Positions 1 through 13,840 of a stretch of 64,000 bases of DNA are shown piece after piece. Origin of the DNA: Podospora anserina (taxonomy: Eukaryota). Location of the stretch: positions 620,001-684,000 of the forward strand of contig CM030336.1 of the NCBI GenBank assembly GCA_017654855.1. Reading direction: 5' to 3'. Below the pieces are notes generated by a model. It was not told the DNA's origin and ran no database searches. It saw only the letters and a program-made list of their open reading frames with translations. A program made the translations under genes and the position numbers. Each line of letters begins with the position of its first letter. The stretch's first letter is position 1.

Positions 1-1794
1 GGGGTGCAGGTTAATCATGGGGGGGAGAACTTGGGGGAGAGGTATCTCTGTGCGATGGTTGTGCCTGCTATCTTGCCGGGGGCGTATGATGTTGGGCTTT
101 GGATGCAGGTGGTGGTTGGGGTTGGGGAGATGGAGGCTGAGGTGGTGCTGGAGTGGGATGTGGCCACTCGATATTATTATTTGACTGTGTAGGGAGGTGT
201 TGGACTGATTTCACGGTGATGGAAGTCATCACCGGCATATGCAGACGATTTCTCATTTCCCCGCTGCCAGTATCGGTATCGATGACGGTCGGTAGGTTGA
301 GTTGTGTTGGCACCACCTTCCGTTCTCTCTCATACTTTTTTTCTCCATAATGGGTGAGAGATTCTCTTGGTGATTGTGATAAAATGGTACTATATCTCGT
401 CGCTACATAAGGTACAGTAGGGCTGCACATCTCCCGCATACGACGCGTGTTTTTTCCCAACAGGATTCATTACCGACGCTTGGTTCCGACATACAACGCG
501 AGCGCCGGGTGGACGGTTCCATATTACTTGCTGCACCGGCCAAAAGGCGTTGATAGCGCTTGGGTGCAGGTTAGAATACCCGGATGAGCTGTCACTGGTG
601 AGTAGACGAGAGCTGGTTGACCGTTGGGTTGGTATGTTCTCGGCACTTTGGACGGCGTTCATTCGGGACAGAGTATTATGTAGGAGAGGTGGGATTTGCC
701 CCTGCATACTGCGTCTTGACCGGTTTGGATCATGGTTGGGGGGTCACTTGCTTGTGCATATTCAATCTTGGGTATGTGGAAAAAAGAGACCTCGGGTGAT
801 CTTGAGGCTGACGGCAATCATCATGAGATACTTGTTTGTTTTCGGGATGTGGGTTGTGAGAGAGAGGGAGAGAAAGGGAGGGCAAAGAGACATGTGACTT
901 TTACAAGGGTACAAGGGGGTGATTATCAGTGCCCCTGATCCTTGCCCTGTGTATGCGGGCTTGGCGGGCGCTGATTCTCTTTAGCGCAACGTCATTTGAT
1001 AACGTTTTCGCGCAAAAGGGGCCGGGCCGTCAGAGGATTGTGTGTGGCTTGCGGGTGCTGAACTGGTTTCGGTCAAGACACGCGAGAGTGGCGTCTTCTA
1101 ATGCTGCATGGAAGGTTTCGGGGGATGGCTTCGGTGTCTTTTCTAGAAAGAAAAACACGAAGCCGCGCAAGAAAGGAGGTCAACGGAGAGACAGGCTGAC
1201 TGACACGCTGCTTGCCAGACACCCGACATCTGTCAACCACGAGGTTATCACCGCTCAGACAGCTTAGTCCCAGGGCCTTTAGCCGTACCGTCATGCTGGA
1301 ACGAGGTTGGCTGTGTATGTACGGCAATCAATTGAGGAAAGTGGTATCTGTTTGGCCCCTGGACGACACTCTCTCACACGTGGAGAACAGCTTACTGCTG
1401 GGCAGGCGAGACACCCCACATCAAAACCACCTTGCACAACCATGCCGTGCAGACAGACATGTTGGACCAATCACGCCCGGCTCAAGCGCAAAAGAGCTGG
1501 TGGTTCGATGTCTCTTCCCAGCTGCCAACCGGACGAATTTGGTAGCAGATCCGACACCTGTGGACGCCAACCTCGAGAGAGGATGACGGGGCTCCAGTCG
1601 AGATCCACAGAGAACATCTAGACCCTGTTGATCTCTCGTTTGGGGGTCACTTTCTGGCTGCCGATCACGTTTGGCGACTTGAGCCTCTTTTCACCTCAAC
1701 ATCTTCGTTAACATCACTTTGCGCCGAGGCAGCTCGTTGACGAGCCTCAAGCAAGACACCTGCTCCTCACAACAGGAGCCATGAGCCAGCAACC

Positions 1795-3217
1795 ATGACT
1801 CTCTACTCGTCTCCGCCTCCGGCACGGCCCTTCAGCGAGGACAAGCCGACTCTCTTGACATCGTGGTGGATCACGCTGCTATGTGCCTTCATCATTCTCC
1901 TCCGTCTCGTGGGGCGGTTTGTGCGGGTCGAGAAGCTGTTTGGAGAGGACAAGGTCGCCGCCCTGGTGTTGATACCCCTCTTCCTGCGCATGGCCTTTGT
2001 GCACCCTATTCTCTTGTTTGGAACCAACAATGTCGAGTTGAACGATGAGCTGGACTTGTCGGACGAGGGGCTCCGGCGGCGGGCCATTGGGAGCGGACTG
2101 GTGCTGATCAGTCGTATGCTGTACGCAGTGGTGTAAGGTCCCTCGACAGTTTTGGGCAAGCAACTCGGTGGCTAACATTATGTTTCTCAGACTATGGCTG
2201 CTCAAGCTGGTTACTCTCGAGTTCTTTGATCGCCTGGTTGGACTTTCTGGGAGGAACCGCTACACCTTGCTCCTTCGGTCGATGCGCATTGCTTTGGTCG
2301 CGACCTTTGTGGCGGTTGTCGTCAGTGATCTTGCGGAATGCCAGCCGTTCGCAAAGTACTGGCAGGTCAGTCCGGACCCGGGACCGCAGTGTCGTCAGGG
2401 CTACGCAAACCTCCTCACGGCATCAGTTTGTAACGCGGCTACTGACCTGCTGCTGGTTGTGTTCCCTGTGCCCATTGTCATACAAAGCCGACTGCCGATG
2501 GGACACAAGTCGCTGCTGGTTGCCCTCTTTTGTCTCCACATCTTTACGGTGGTGGTGACCATCTGTCGGGTGCCTCAGATCATCAGCGAGCAGGGATACC
2601 AAGCGACGAGGACGACATGGGCTTCGGCCGATATCCTGATGGCAACATTTGCGGCCAACGCACTTACCATCGGGACGTTTATGAGAGACAAGGGTGTCAA
2701 GAAGAAGAAGTTCAAATACGAGCCGACAGAGTCGCAAAACAGAAGAAACTCGAGGAAGGATTCGATGGCCATCTCGAAGAAGCCGTCCTGGGATGAGGAT
2801 GATGACATGGAGGCGGATTATCCTGAAGGAAAACGCGGAGGGCTGAGTCGTACAAAGACGCCCGACATCTCCTCGACACCAGGAGAGATCGAGCAAGCCA
2901 AGAGGGAGATCAAGTCCCCCAGGGTGCACCACAGCAGTCGGTCAGCCAGCATGGACTCGCTGATTCCTAGGGGTCGACAGACACCTGCCACCCAAGTGGT
3001 CAAGACCACCACTTTTGAGATGACAGTCTCGTCGTCTGATGACCAGGAACATGTTCGGTGCAAAAAGCAGGCCCACGTAGGGCTCTGTCTGACACCCATT
3101 CACGGGGTGGTGACAGCGACGGCAAACGGACGAGGGAGGGGGTCCAGCATCCTTCTTCGCGAGATGAAACCGATGCCAGACGCTCAAAACGAGGAGACGG
3201 AGCAGCAACAGCGCTGA
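1795..3217 (+). CDS. PTH11-like / fungal rhodopsin-domain integral membrane protein (2 exons; intron 2133-2190)
   Basis: Several hydrophobic helices; motifs LWLLK, ECQPFAKYWQV.PDPGPQC, ATDLLLVVFPVP. Intron GTAAGG...GCTAAC...CTCAG joins ORFs 1795 and 2168 in frame. Long hydrophilic C-tail. Confidence 0.8.
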
Positions 3218-4834
3218 CGGGTAGATGTGAGGTACCTTATCCTACGATTAGTTTTAGTGTTTTTAGTGTTTGCTTTCTGAACATGATGATACCTACCTGA
3301 CCTTTGTCGTGATTTTGCTTTTTCCCAGGTGGAGTGTGCGGCGTGCCCTGAATCCTGCGGGGGTGCGGGCGGGGGGGGATCATCGTTTGTGGAGCTCCCT
3401 CCCAGGCATGACACAAGACTCTCCAGCGGCACGACCCTCGTGGCTCGTGGCATACCAGGTCCTGGGCCCACAGGCAGTTGTTGCATCTCATGAAGATCAC
3501 CTCGGCCGGATCCCACCGCTCTTTTTTTTTTTGTTATTCTATGCCCGGACAATAGCTGATGAGCTGGATTTGGGGGTGGGTTGTTGGGTTGTTGGGTTGT
3601 TGACGGTGATCACCACAGTCACTGATGCTTGTCTCTGCTACGGCGGAGTAAGAGACCTCAGCAATCTCAAACAAGGCCTTTGTCATGTGCGCCACAGGCA
3701 TTGTTCCAAGTATTAGACCCCCCCTTTCCAAGCAGCAGCACGGGCAGCTCCCGTCACCCACACTCTCCCACAGACTTCGGGAGCAGAGGCACGTCCATCA
3801 GGTACACTTTGAGGTCTCAGACCCGAAAACCACGCAATCGGTTCCCAAAAGGCGCTAATGCAACCCAGAGCAAACCCCTGTCGGCTTGGTTCAGGCGACT
3901 GCAGTTGTTGGTGGAGGGCGGCACGGTGGGGCCACCGACACCTATTGTTCGTCGGGGACCCTCGATTCGCTGCGACCCCAGCAATCTTAGGGTGATGGCA
4001 ATCATGGTTGGCATCATTTCGCCTTTTATCCTTTCCTTTGTCCTCTTGCATTCTGATGAGATATGTAGACAGCCTGCCGATAGGACAGTGTTGACACCAG
4101 CAGCATCAGTCGACACTCCCGTCCAACAGGGGCATCACCACCACCTCTCACACCCTCAACGGCTGGATCGGCAATCCTCCGAGGTGACAGTCAACCGACA
4201 AGCACCCCCAACTCGGAGACTCCAGCAGCGGCAGCAGTAGCAGCAGCAGGCAGTGCGGGGCAAATATTGGCAGGACCGCCCATCTTTTCTTATCTCTCTG
4301 ACGCCGCTAGACGACAAACCCACGACACCCACCCACCCGTCATCTCCTGCTGCAGAAAATTTCCATGTTGGATTCCCCATCTCTCACATACACGCTGTCA
4401 CCGTCACCCTTCACGGCCCGTTTATTACGCTGTGGAAATTTCATTAGCTGCTGGGACAGACGGCGTTGCGAACGGCAGGCCACCACGGCTCTTATCTCCT
4501 AGGGTGTCCCCATCTACAACAGACCCAGCGCCAGGGGTTCTCCACGAACACAACCGTTTATCAGTGGACCCGTCACCTGCCGTTGTCTCCGTTTCTTGCC
4601 CGGTATTCGGGGGGCCACTTTCACTCAGCTGCCAGGCCGAACAACGCTATTGTCGACGGTGGGATTCATCGCGAAAGAAAATCAAACAAAACAAACCCGG
4701 AGCTCACCAACGCATGGTAATCGCGGGCCGTTGAGAGACACGGTTGTGCAACCCACCATCTCGCCGTCAGACCCGCCATTTTTGATCTCGCTCGCCATCC
4801 CCGTCGCCTTCAACATTCCAATGATCCGACAGAG

Positions 4835-6978
4835 ATGACCCTCGACCGCGACATTGAGATGAGCCAGCTGGATCGCACCCGCAGTCTAGCCGAAGGCAGC
4901 ACCTTCACCGTCCGGGGTCAAAGTCGGGCCTCGGATCCTGATCATCATCATCATCATCATCATCATTATCAGCATCACCACCAGAACCACCACCCTCATA
5001 ATACCGTCGGTGTAGGTGCCGGAGGGATGAAAGCTCGCGTGGGGAGGTTCATCGACACCTTCCGCCGGGAACACCCAGACAACGTCCGCTACCACGACGA
5101 CCCCAACTTTGCGCTTCACGTCACTGACCCAGAAGGTGGCCCAGGCGACTCACCGACGACAACCAGAACAACAAATGGGTTTGGCTCTGCTTCGGGGGTG
5201 GCGGTGGTGAGGCAGCATAATGGGGAGAGGTACTATGACTTACGGACGGCGAACTCCAGGACGGCGGGGACGTTGCTTGCGCGGGAGCTCAAGGGGAGGC
5301 ATTTGCAGATGATTGCGATTGGGGGGTCGATCGGGACGGGTTTGTTTGTTGCGAGTGGGAAGGCGTTGAGTGAGGGGGGGCCGGCGGCGGTGTTGTTGGC
5401 GTACATCTTTGTGGGCGTGATGCTGTATTGCACGGTGCAGGCGTTGGGGGAGTTGGCCGTGGTGTTTCCTGTCGCGGGGTCGTTCTCGGCTTTTTCGACG
5501 AGGTTTCTGGATCCGAGTTGGGGGTTTGCTATGGGTTGGAAGTAGGTTGTTTTTGTTGACCGTTTTTCTGTTGATGGGGAGACATCCCGCGTCACCCTTT
5601 TTCTTCCGTTGTTCCGGTGTTGCATGCTAACGTGGTGTGACTGAAGCTATGCCTTGCAGTGGATAGTGGTGTTACCGCTCGAGATTATTGCCGGCGCCAT
5701 GACTATCGGTTATTGGAACGAGAGTCTGAACAAGGCCATATTTGTGGCCGTGTTTCTGGTGGTCATTGTTGTCATCAACCTCTTTGGAGTAAAGGGGTAC
5801 GGCGAGGCAGAGTTTGTGTTTGCCATTGTCAAGGTTACTGCTGTCGTCGGGTTCATGTGAGTTTCGCACGGGTGCTTACCTGTTGGTGGAACGTTGCTGA
5901 CCACCCTGTTAGCCTTCTCGGTATCGTTATCAACATCGGAGGGACCCCCGAAGGCGGCTACATCGGCGGCAAGTACTGGTCCGACCCGGGCGCCTTCAAC
6001 AATGGCTTCAAGGGCCTCTGCAGCGTGTTTGTCACGGCCGCCTTTGCCTTTGCTGGCACGGAGCTGGTCGGGTTGGCTGCCGCCGAGACAGCCAACCCGC
6101 GAAAGTCGTTGCCTACCGCCATCAAACAAGTGTTTTGGAGAATCACACTCTTCTACATTGTGTCGCTTGCGCTTGTCGGTCTCCTGGTGCCGTACAACGA
6201 GCCCAGGTTGCTTGGTGCTACTAGCATCGCCGACGCCTCAGCCAGTCCCTTTGTCATCGCCATCGAAAGCGCAGGCACGACTATTCTACCCAGCATCATG
6301 AACGGCGTCATCCTTGTGTCCGTCATCAGCGTCGGCAACTCTTCCGTCTTTGGATCCTCCCGAACACTCGCCGCCCTCGCCGAGCTGGGCCAGGCGCCCA
6401 AGATCTTCGCCTACGTCGACCGCCGCGGCCGTCCACTAGTTTCCATCCTCGCAGCATCGAGCGTCGGTCTCCTGGCCTTCATGGCCAACTCCAAAGTCCA
6501 CAGCCACGTGTTCGACTGGCTCCTCGCCATATCAGGCCTGAGCAGCGTCTTCACCTGGGGGAGCACCTGTCTCGCCCACATCCGCCTCCGCAAGGCATGG
6601 GCGTACCATCACAGATCAGTCAGCGACATGGCCTTTCGTGCTCAGGGGGGAACGATCGGCAGCTGGATCGGCCTGTTTTGCAACTGTCTCATTCTCGTCG
6701 GTCAGTGCTGGGTGGCGATTTGGCCCATTACGAGCGAGCCGTTGACGTCGAGTCAGCGGGCCGAGAATTTCTTTTTGCAGTGTTTGGCGATCCCGGTGGT
6801 GTTGTTATTTTTGATCGGGCACAAGCTGTGGTACAGGACGAGCGTGATCAAGGTGGAGGACATGGATATTGATACGGGGAGGAGGGATTTTGGCAGACTC
6901 GGGATTATCAAGGCGCAGGAGGAGGAGGAGAGGGCGAGTTGGCCGAAGTGGAAGAGGGTTTATAGGGTTATCTGCTGA
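4835..6978 (+). CDS. Amino acid permease (APC/YAT family, GAP1-like); introns 5542-5646 and 5857-5912
   Basis: LKGRHLQMIAIGGSIGTGLFV, GFAMGWNY (across the splice), YGEAEF, FAFAGTELVGLAAAE, ASPFVIA; about 12 TM segments; canonical introns restore frame. Confidence 0.95.
4943..4966 (+). repeat. (CAT)8 microsatellite encoding poly-His in the permease N-terminus
   Basis: catcatcatcat... read directly; translates DPDHHHHHHHHYQHHHQNHHPH. Confidence 0.9.
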
Positions 6979-8489
6979 TGGTTTGGGGGCTGGGGCGTGT
7001 ACATATGAGTATATAATTTGGGGGAAGGGTGGTGGTGATTGGTTGTAACTTGAGATGAATCTCGATGTCGCAGAGCATTCGTCGTGCTCTCAGGTGTCTT
7101 CTTGACTATCAAGATTCCCACTGTATGCCGGCGGTGAACGTTCCGGTAGCCACAAACGCCACCATTCCACCCTCACCCTTACCATCATCACCCGCTCTCA
7201 CCCTGACAGCCAACACCTCGGACCCAACCACTCGGTACTCGGGTATGAAGCCTAGTGTGTAAGGTATTTAGGTCAGATCTAGGATTGGATAGGTAAGTAT
7301 TTTACACTTATTGTAGGTTATGCCTTCTGATGAATGGGCGTTGATTGCCACGGCATTTACACATGAGAACGTGAGTGATGGGTGGTGGGAGCACCTGTCC
7401 AGCTTCCTACACCTGGCAACAGACTGGCAGCCGTACACGGTACTTGTAGTACTTCCAACAGCAGCCCACTATCCGACGGCCAAATGGCCAAACGGACCCC
7501 GAGACGGCTTTCGTAGCCCATCACCCCACGGGTTGGTGGGTGAGCTTTTGATATTTTCGGCAGACCCTCTTAGGAGGAGTAGAGACTCTTTCTCTTTCGG
7601 TCTTGGTCAGTCCCGTCCCTCCACCGCATCACGACATTTTTTAGCTCATTGCAGAAAGGTTTTCTCGGCTCAAGAACTTATATTGTTGCCGAATTCTGTC
7701 TCACACTTCCCTAACCTCCAGACGAAGCCGCGGCAGCCCGCATGTTTCCGCACCGGAAAGCTCGACGTGGACAATATTGCACCCAAACGGCCGTCCTCCT
7801 GGAGGCGCACCAAACCTCAACATGCGCATGGCATCCACGCACGACCTCTGTCTCTCTATTTTCTCCTGCTGTGGTACACAGCACTGTCGCAACAAACAAT
7901 TCAATGCCCGAGAGCTGCTGACCGCCTCTGATCATCTGCTTCTTTTTTCTGGAACCCCAAGTCACGGCCCTAAAGGGAAGGTTGCAGCGCTCGCTGTGGG
8001 ACAGACAGACCCCGGACCGGCAGTTGGAGCTTGGAAATCCGGGGAAAGGAACACGGCCGGGCATCTCATCATGCATTCCTCCCAGCCTCCGTCTTTTTAC
8101 CAAGCTTTCCTCCTGTCGCACAGGCAGCATTCCCCGCATGCTGTCCCACGGGACGCCGAGGAGAACACCCCATCATGCGGGTGGAGGAATTGGAGACTCT
8201 TGGTGGGTTGGGGTACCTACCTTGATGATCACCACGTTACAGCCCAGCCGTGTTGTTCGGTCACGGGAGGCAGCTTGCTGGGACCGCATGCTCACCACAT
8301 GCGAACACGATGGTTCATCCAATCTATCTTCGCATCGCCGGTGGTGTTGAGGTGGCACCGCGGTCATGATGATGCGATCAGATATCTTTTTGGCGAGTCC
8401 AATTATCTCCTCCTCTCCTTGCCCTTGCTTCCCACATGCCGGTCAGCTTGCTCTGGTGTTGTTTGCTTTTTGCTAGCTTCCATTGCAGA

Positions 8490-11092
8490 ATGGCGTTTCT
8501 CTGGATTGCCTCTCTTGTGTTGTGCTCTCTGTGGGGGGCACGGGGACAGACTGAACGATGTTCGGGTTACGAAGCCATCAACGTGCTGAAGGCGGACTCG
8601 TATCTGATTGCAGATCTTGTTCTCATTGGCAACTGCAGCTCTCACAGCAGCGACATCGAGAACCTGAGGTTGCTTGTCGAGTACCAGACAGGTAAGCACG
8701 TCAATGTTTTTGTCAAGTATCACGATGCCGTCTAAGGTCACTGACTCGAACAGACTCACGGCTGCATGTCCTCATCACAGATGCCGATTCCCAAGTGTTT
8801 CAAGTCCAGGAACACGTCCTCCCGCGACCGAGAAGCGAGAACGCGTCCTCGAACAGCTCTGGGTTGCAGTTCAGTTTCACCCAAAGCCCGTTTGCCTTTA
8901 GCGTTACAAGAGCGTCGACAGGGGAGACCCTTTTTGACACGGCCGACACGCCGTTGATCTTTGAAACCCAGTACATCCGACTCAGAACTCGCTTGCCGTC
9001 GAATCCAAATATTTATGGGCTGGGCGAACACTCGGATGACTTTCGCCTTCCAACATGGAATTACACCCGCACGCTATGGAACACGGAATCGCCCATGATC
9101 CCAAACGGGCTCAATCTCTACGGCTCGCACCCGGTGTACTTTGACCATCGGGGTGAGTCAGGCACGCACGGCGTGTTTCTGCGGAGTTCCAACGGCATGG
9201 ATGTCAAGTTGGGCACCTCGGACCAGGGACAGCAATTCCTCGAGTACAATGTGATCGGCGGCGTATTCGACTTTTACTTCTTAGCAGGCCCGACCCCAAG
9301 AGACGTCAGCAAGCAGTATGCCGAAGTTGTCGGGCTCCCAGCGTTTGTGCCGTATTGGGTCTTGGGTTTCCATCAGTGCAAGTATGGATATAAAAGCATT
9401 GATGAAGTTAGACAAGTTGTTGACACTTACGCGGCTGTTGGGATCCCATTGGAGACGATGTGGGGTGATATTGACTACATGAGCGACCATCAGGATTTCA
9501 CCACGGATGGGAGCCGTTACCCCCTGGAGAAAGTTCGGCAGCTGGTTCAGAGTCTGCACGATAATGGACAACACTATGTTCAAATCCTGGATCCGGGAAT
9601 CCATCGAGCTGGTGGTTACCCAACCTACACCAGAGGCGCCGAACAGAACGTCTTTCTCAAAGCAGCAGATGGCTCATTTTATCGCGGGTTTCAATGGCCC
9701 GGCGAAGTGGTTTGGCCTGACTGGCTCCATCCAAACACACAGGAATGGTGGACAGATGAGATCAGGAGGTTCTACGACCCCAACTCAGGCGTCAACGTCG
9801 ATGGGCTGTGGGTTGACATGAATGAGGCGAGCAACATGTGTGAAAGCACCAGCTGCTTTGCTTCAACATCTGCTCGAACCTGGGTTGCCAACAAGGGTAT
9901 CGCGGTCAGGAAACGTTACGGGGACCCAGTTCCATTTCTTGGAGTGCCAGAGAGAGATCTCTTCAACCCCCTGTATCGCATACAGAACCGATGGGGCGAC
10001 ATCTCCAGCAAAACTTTGTGGACGAACATCACCAATGCCGACGGAACCCACCAGTATGATACTCACAACTTCTACGGCACCATGATGGCTGGCGCCACCC
10101 GGAACGCCCTGCTGAGCAGAAACTCGGCTGTCAGGCCCTTCGTCCTCACTCGATCGACCTTTGCTGGCGTGGGGAGAGTGGCAGCGCATTGGTTCGGTGA
10201 CAACGCTTCTAGGTGGGATCATTACCGAACTACTATCCGCCAAATGTTGTCCTTCACTGCTCTGCACGCGGTGCCCTTTGTTGGCTCTGACGTCTGTGGC
10301 TTCAACGAAAACGCGACGGAAAAAATGTGCGCCCGCTGGGCTTTGCTAGGCGCTTTCCAGCCCTTCTACCGCAACCACGCAGATATCACGGCCAACCGTC
10401 AAGAATTTTACCTGTGGCCTTTGGTCACCCAAGCCGCCAAGAAGGCGATTGATACTCGTTACAAGTTGCTCGACTACATGTACACCTCCCTCTGGAAAGC
10501 GAGCGCTGACGGCACGCCCAACGCCAGCCCGCTGTGGTTCTTCTACCCCTCGGATAGCAACACGTTTGGCATCCAGAACCAATGGATGCTTGGAGACGCG
10601 TTACTTGTTTCTCCAGTTGTTGACGACGACTCCCAGAGCGTCAGCTTCTACCTTCCGGACGATATCTGGTATGACTTTTGGACTTTTGAGCAAAAGGCCG
10701 GGGGTGGACAAACGCACAGGTTGGACGGGGTACAGTGGGATGAGATTCCTGTTCACATTCGAGGCGGGACTATCCTTGCTATGAGGACTGAATCAGCGAA
10801 TACTACTGCCCAGTTGAGGGAGAAGAACTTTAGGATTATTGTTGCGCCGGGGAAGGACGGGACTGCCAAGGGGGAATTGTACTTGGATGACGGGGCCAGT
10901 TTGGATGTGGGGGGGAACAAGTCGGAGATCGGGTTTGTGTGGGATGGGCAGAGCTTTGCTGCGAACGGGACGTTTGGGTTTGAGACGGATGTGAAGGTTG
11001 AGAGGGTTGTTGTTCTCGGAGGGGAGGGAGGGGAGGTTGTTACGCATGAGGGGCCTTGGGGGTTGGGAGGAGGGTTTGGGTTTCATTTGTAG
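8490..11092 (+). CDS. Secreted GH31 alpha-glucosidase (intron 8692-8753)
   Basis: Signal peptide MAFLWIASLVLCSLWGARG; YGLGEH, LYGSHP, GFHQCKYGY, catalytic WVDMNE and HWFGDN, GSDVCGF, FYRNH. Confidence 0.95.
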
Positions 11093-12755
11093 AGAGGGGA
11101 AGGGGTGATGAAGTATTTGAATTTTCTTCTTGAACTTTCTGCTGATACTATTGTGAGTTGGTTCCGGGTGTTCTTCTTGTCCATTTTCACGAGAGATTGC
11201 CCGTTGTGAAGCTGCTCGTAACCAAACAGTGCAGGATGCGGCTCGAAAATACAAATGGCAATTGTCTTGAGGTCCAATAAATAGCCCGCTTGTTCCATCT
11301 TTTTGTTCGGCAGTCAGAGGTTGGTGTCGCAAAGCGCCAATGCTCATGGCCCCTTATTCCGGCCTCTTGCCAAACCAAACGCTCACAATCAACACAGACA
11401 GACGTCCACATATTCCACTCCCATATCATCTCCTACATTCTCCCCACTATCAATCATCCACACCCCCCATGCTTCAAACACCTACACCTTTTAAACCCCT
11501 TCTTAACTATCCCCTTCTAGGTCGAGGTAGAGGGAGGGGGTGGGGGGGGGGTGATGCTGGGAGAGAGGGCAGGGTTTCTACCAGGTCTTTGGGGGCGGCC
11601 TCCGAATCGATGATGGTGACGGAGGCGGGCGTCCGGGGCTGGCGTTGAGAGGACTCGTCGGAGTACTCCGTTATGACGAATATACCAGAAGATGGCGGTG
11701 GTGTTGTTATTCTCGGCAGCAAGAAGCAAGACAGTTGTGAAGAATGAGGATATCGTGGGTCGCTATTCAGCAAACGATGCCGAATAGACGATGCTCTCAA
11801 CAGTAGAGTTTTGTTCCCCTGAAATAGCCTTCCATTCCCTAGAAGAGGGCCATGTGAATCAAGCTCAGATCCACTGGTGCAAAATCTCTTCATTGCTCCT
11901 GATTTGGTCCATGGTTGGGAGACGACGGGATAGATTGTGGTAGATAGCGATGCCCTGTCTTGGCAGGTCTTGATGAAGTGGCTGTGGCTTGCTTCATGTG
12001 GCGGTTGGGGAACTCAACTTGTGCTTTCCAACTTTGAGCAAAGATTTTAAAACTGGCTTCTGGAAGAGGAGTTTTCTGAACTCTGGAAGCTGCTAACGGT
12101 GACTGACTCGACTCCTCAAACTTTGATCCTCTTCACCTTGTCCCCCGGGATATACCTCACCCACGGCTCAACCGACAAATCCGTCACCTCGTCATATTTC
12201 CCGTTCGTCACCAGCGTCTCAACCTCAATACCCTACCCCCCCCTCCCGTAGCTCGAGTGTTAAGTTGCGCTATTTCAAATACAAATTATCTGTTGCGTTG
12301 GCCCAATACCACTTGTTGTTGCAGGAGGATTTTATGGTGGTCAGCAGCACTCAACGCCGGAAACGGCAGTTGATCAAGCCACTAAACGGCGTCCATCCAT
12401 GCCCCCTTGCTGTTTTGATGGGTACCTACCTTTAAGCACCCATGCGAAAAGTATAAATATGACCTTACAAAAGCTGTACTTATTACAACTCAAGCTTTAT
12501 CGTTATACCATCTATACTTTTGAATCGCTAAGGTATCCTCGATGTTTTATCGAGTCAATCTGCACTCGAGTACACCTCGATTCATCTCACCCGGAGATGT
12601 CTATTTATCTCCGACAGCTCGGACCACAGTGTATGTGTGTGTGAGCATAGAGGGGAAACCACTCATCATTTCCATCCCCTTTCCTCCCCATTTTCACCCT
12701 TTCATCCATCATCACCACACCCCTCAAACCCACCCCCTCCCCCCTAATCCTCATC

Positions 12756-13691
12756 ATGGGCGGCGCACCCCCCTCCCCCCTCGAATCCTCCCTCCGAAAA
12801 CTCCTCACCCCCGAATTATTCTCCCACCTCGTCACCAACCGCCTCCCCTACCCCCCCCAATCCCCCATCAACTTCTCCCACTTCGCCAACACCATATTCC
12901 TCACCGACCCTTACTCCCCCTTAGTCTCCCCCCGGGCCTGGCCCGCCCTCCTCGCCCTATCCCAGCACCCCCTCTCCTCCATCCCCGACCTAGCAACCTT
13001 CCTCCCACCCCCCTCCTCCCCTTCCTATCCCACCCAAACCCTCGGCCTCCTCCTCCTCCTCGACCACATCCCCCGCCTTCTATTCCGCGGCATCGACCAG
13101 CGCTACACCTACTCCTTCTTCTCCCACCTCTCCCAATCCCTCGCCTTGTCCTGGCACTCCCTCCCCTCCCACCTCCGCCCCGACTCCTACGCCCGCTGGA
13201 AGCACGAGCAGAACGTCGCCCTGGACTACTGGATCGCTGTCCGGTTCTGGTTCGCTACACCATTCGTCCATTCCGAAAAGCCAGAACTGCAGGAAATCGC
13301 CATAACCCTCACAGAAGAAACCCGCGCGACAGTGGAGAAAGAAACCGGGTCGGCTGACCCTTACCGCCAGGAACGCGACGAGATACTAGGCGACTCGTAC
13401 GCTTTTCCCAGGGTCTACAACGCCGGACCGCCGCGGGGGGATCAGGTGACGAGAGAGAGCTTCACGTGGTGGATGGGCATGTTGTTCGACGTCCACAAGC
13501 CGATCATCGACCGGTTTGGGAGGTACCCCTATCTCAATGGGATAACCGGGCGGGACGCAAACGACGGAGAAGAAAAGTGGTTGGAGGAGATCAACCACTT
13601 TGCCGAGGCGGACGAGGAGAGCGTTAGGCGGGTGAGGGAAGATGTCAAGGCGGGACGGTGGTCGCCGTTGGGGACTGACACGCCTCGCTGA
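12756..13691 (+). CDS. DUF924-family protein
   Basis: LLLLDHIPRLLFRG, RFWFATPFVHSE, HKPIIDRFGRYPYLNGITGR match the DUF924 pattern as recalled; single exon. Confidence 0.8.
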   Translation: MGGAPPSPLESSLRKLLTPELFSHLVTNRLPYPPQSPINFSHFANTIFLTDPYSPLVSPRAWPALLALSQHPLSSIPDLATFLPPPSSPSYPTQTLGLLLLLDHIPRLLFRGIDQRYTYSFFSHLSQSLALSWHSLPSHLRPDSYARWKHEQNVALDYWIAVRFWFATPFVHSEKPELQEIAITLTEETRATVEKETGSADPYRQERDEILGDSYAFPRVYNAGPPRGDQVTRESFTWWMGMLFDVHKPIIDRFGRYPYLNGITGRDANDGEEKWLEEINHFAEADEESVRRVREDVKAGRWSPLGTDTPR

Positions 13692-13840
13692 GATAAGACA
13701 GCAAAACAAAATCGGTAGTAATAGTGGTGTTGTTGATCAGTCATTACAAAGCTAAAACAGGTATCACTGCAACAACCTCCTTTTTCCAATCCCTACCCTC
13801 CTCCATATTCCCAACACCACGACATGACCAAAGGGTATTA

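Noticed and set aside
1-1790. Short ORFs, including Pro-rich 68-460 (-)
   Set aside because: No family motifs, low complexity, no supportable gene model.
3218-4834. ORFs 3629-4240 and similar; also 7065-8489 and 58700-60700
   Set aside because: Overlapping low-information ORFs in intergenic/UTR regions with no motif support.
11507-12240. Possible degraded minus-strand gene
   Set aside because: Only short coding-like fragments with no recognisable motif.
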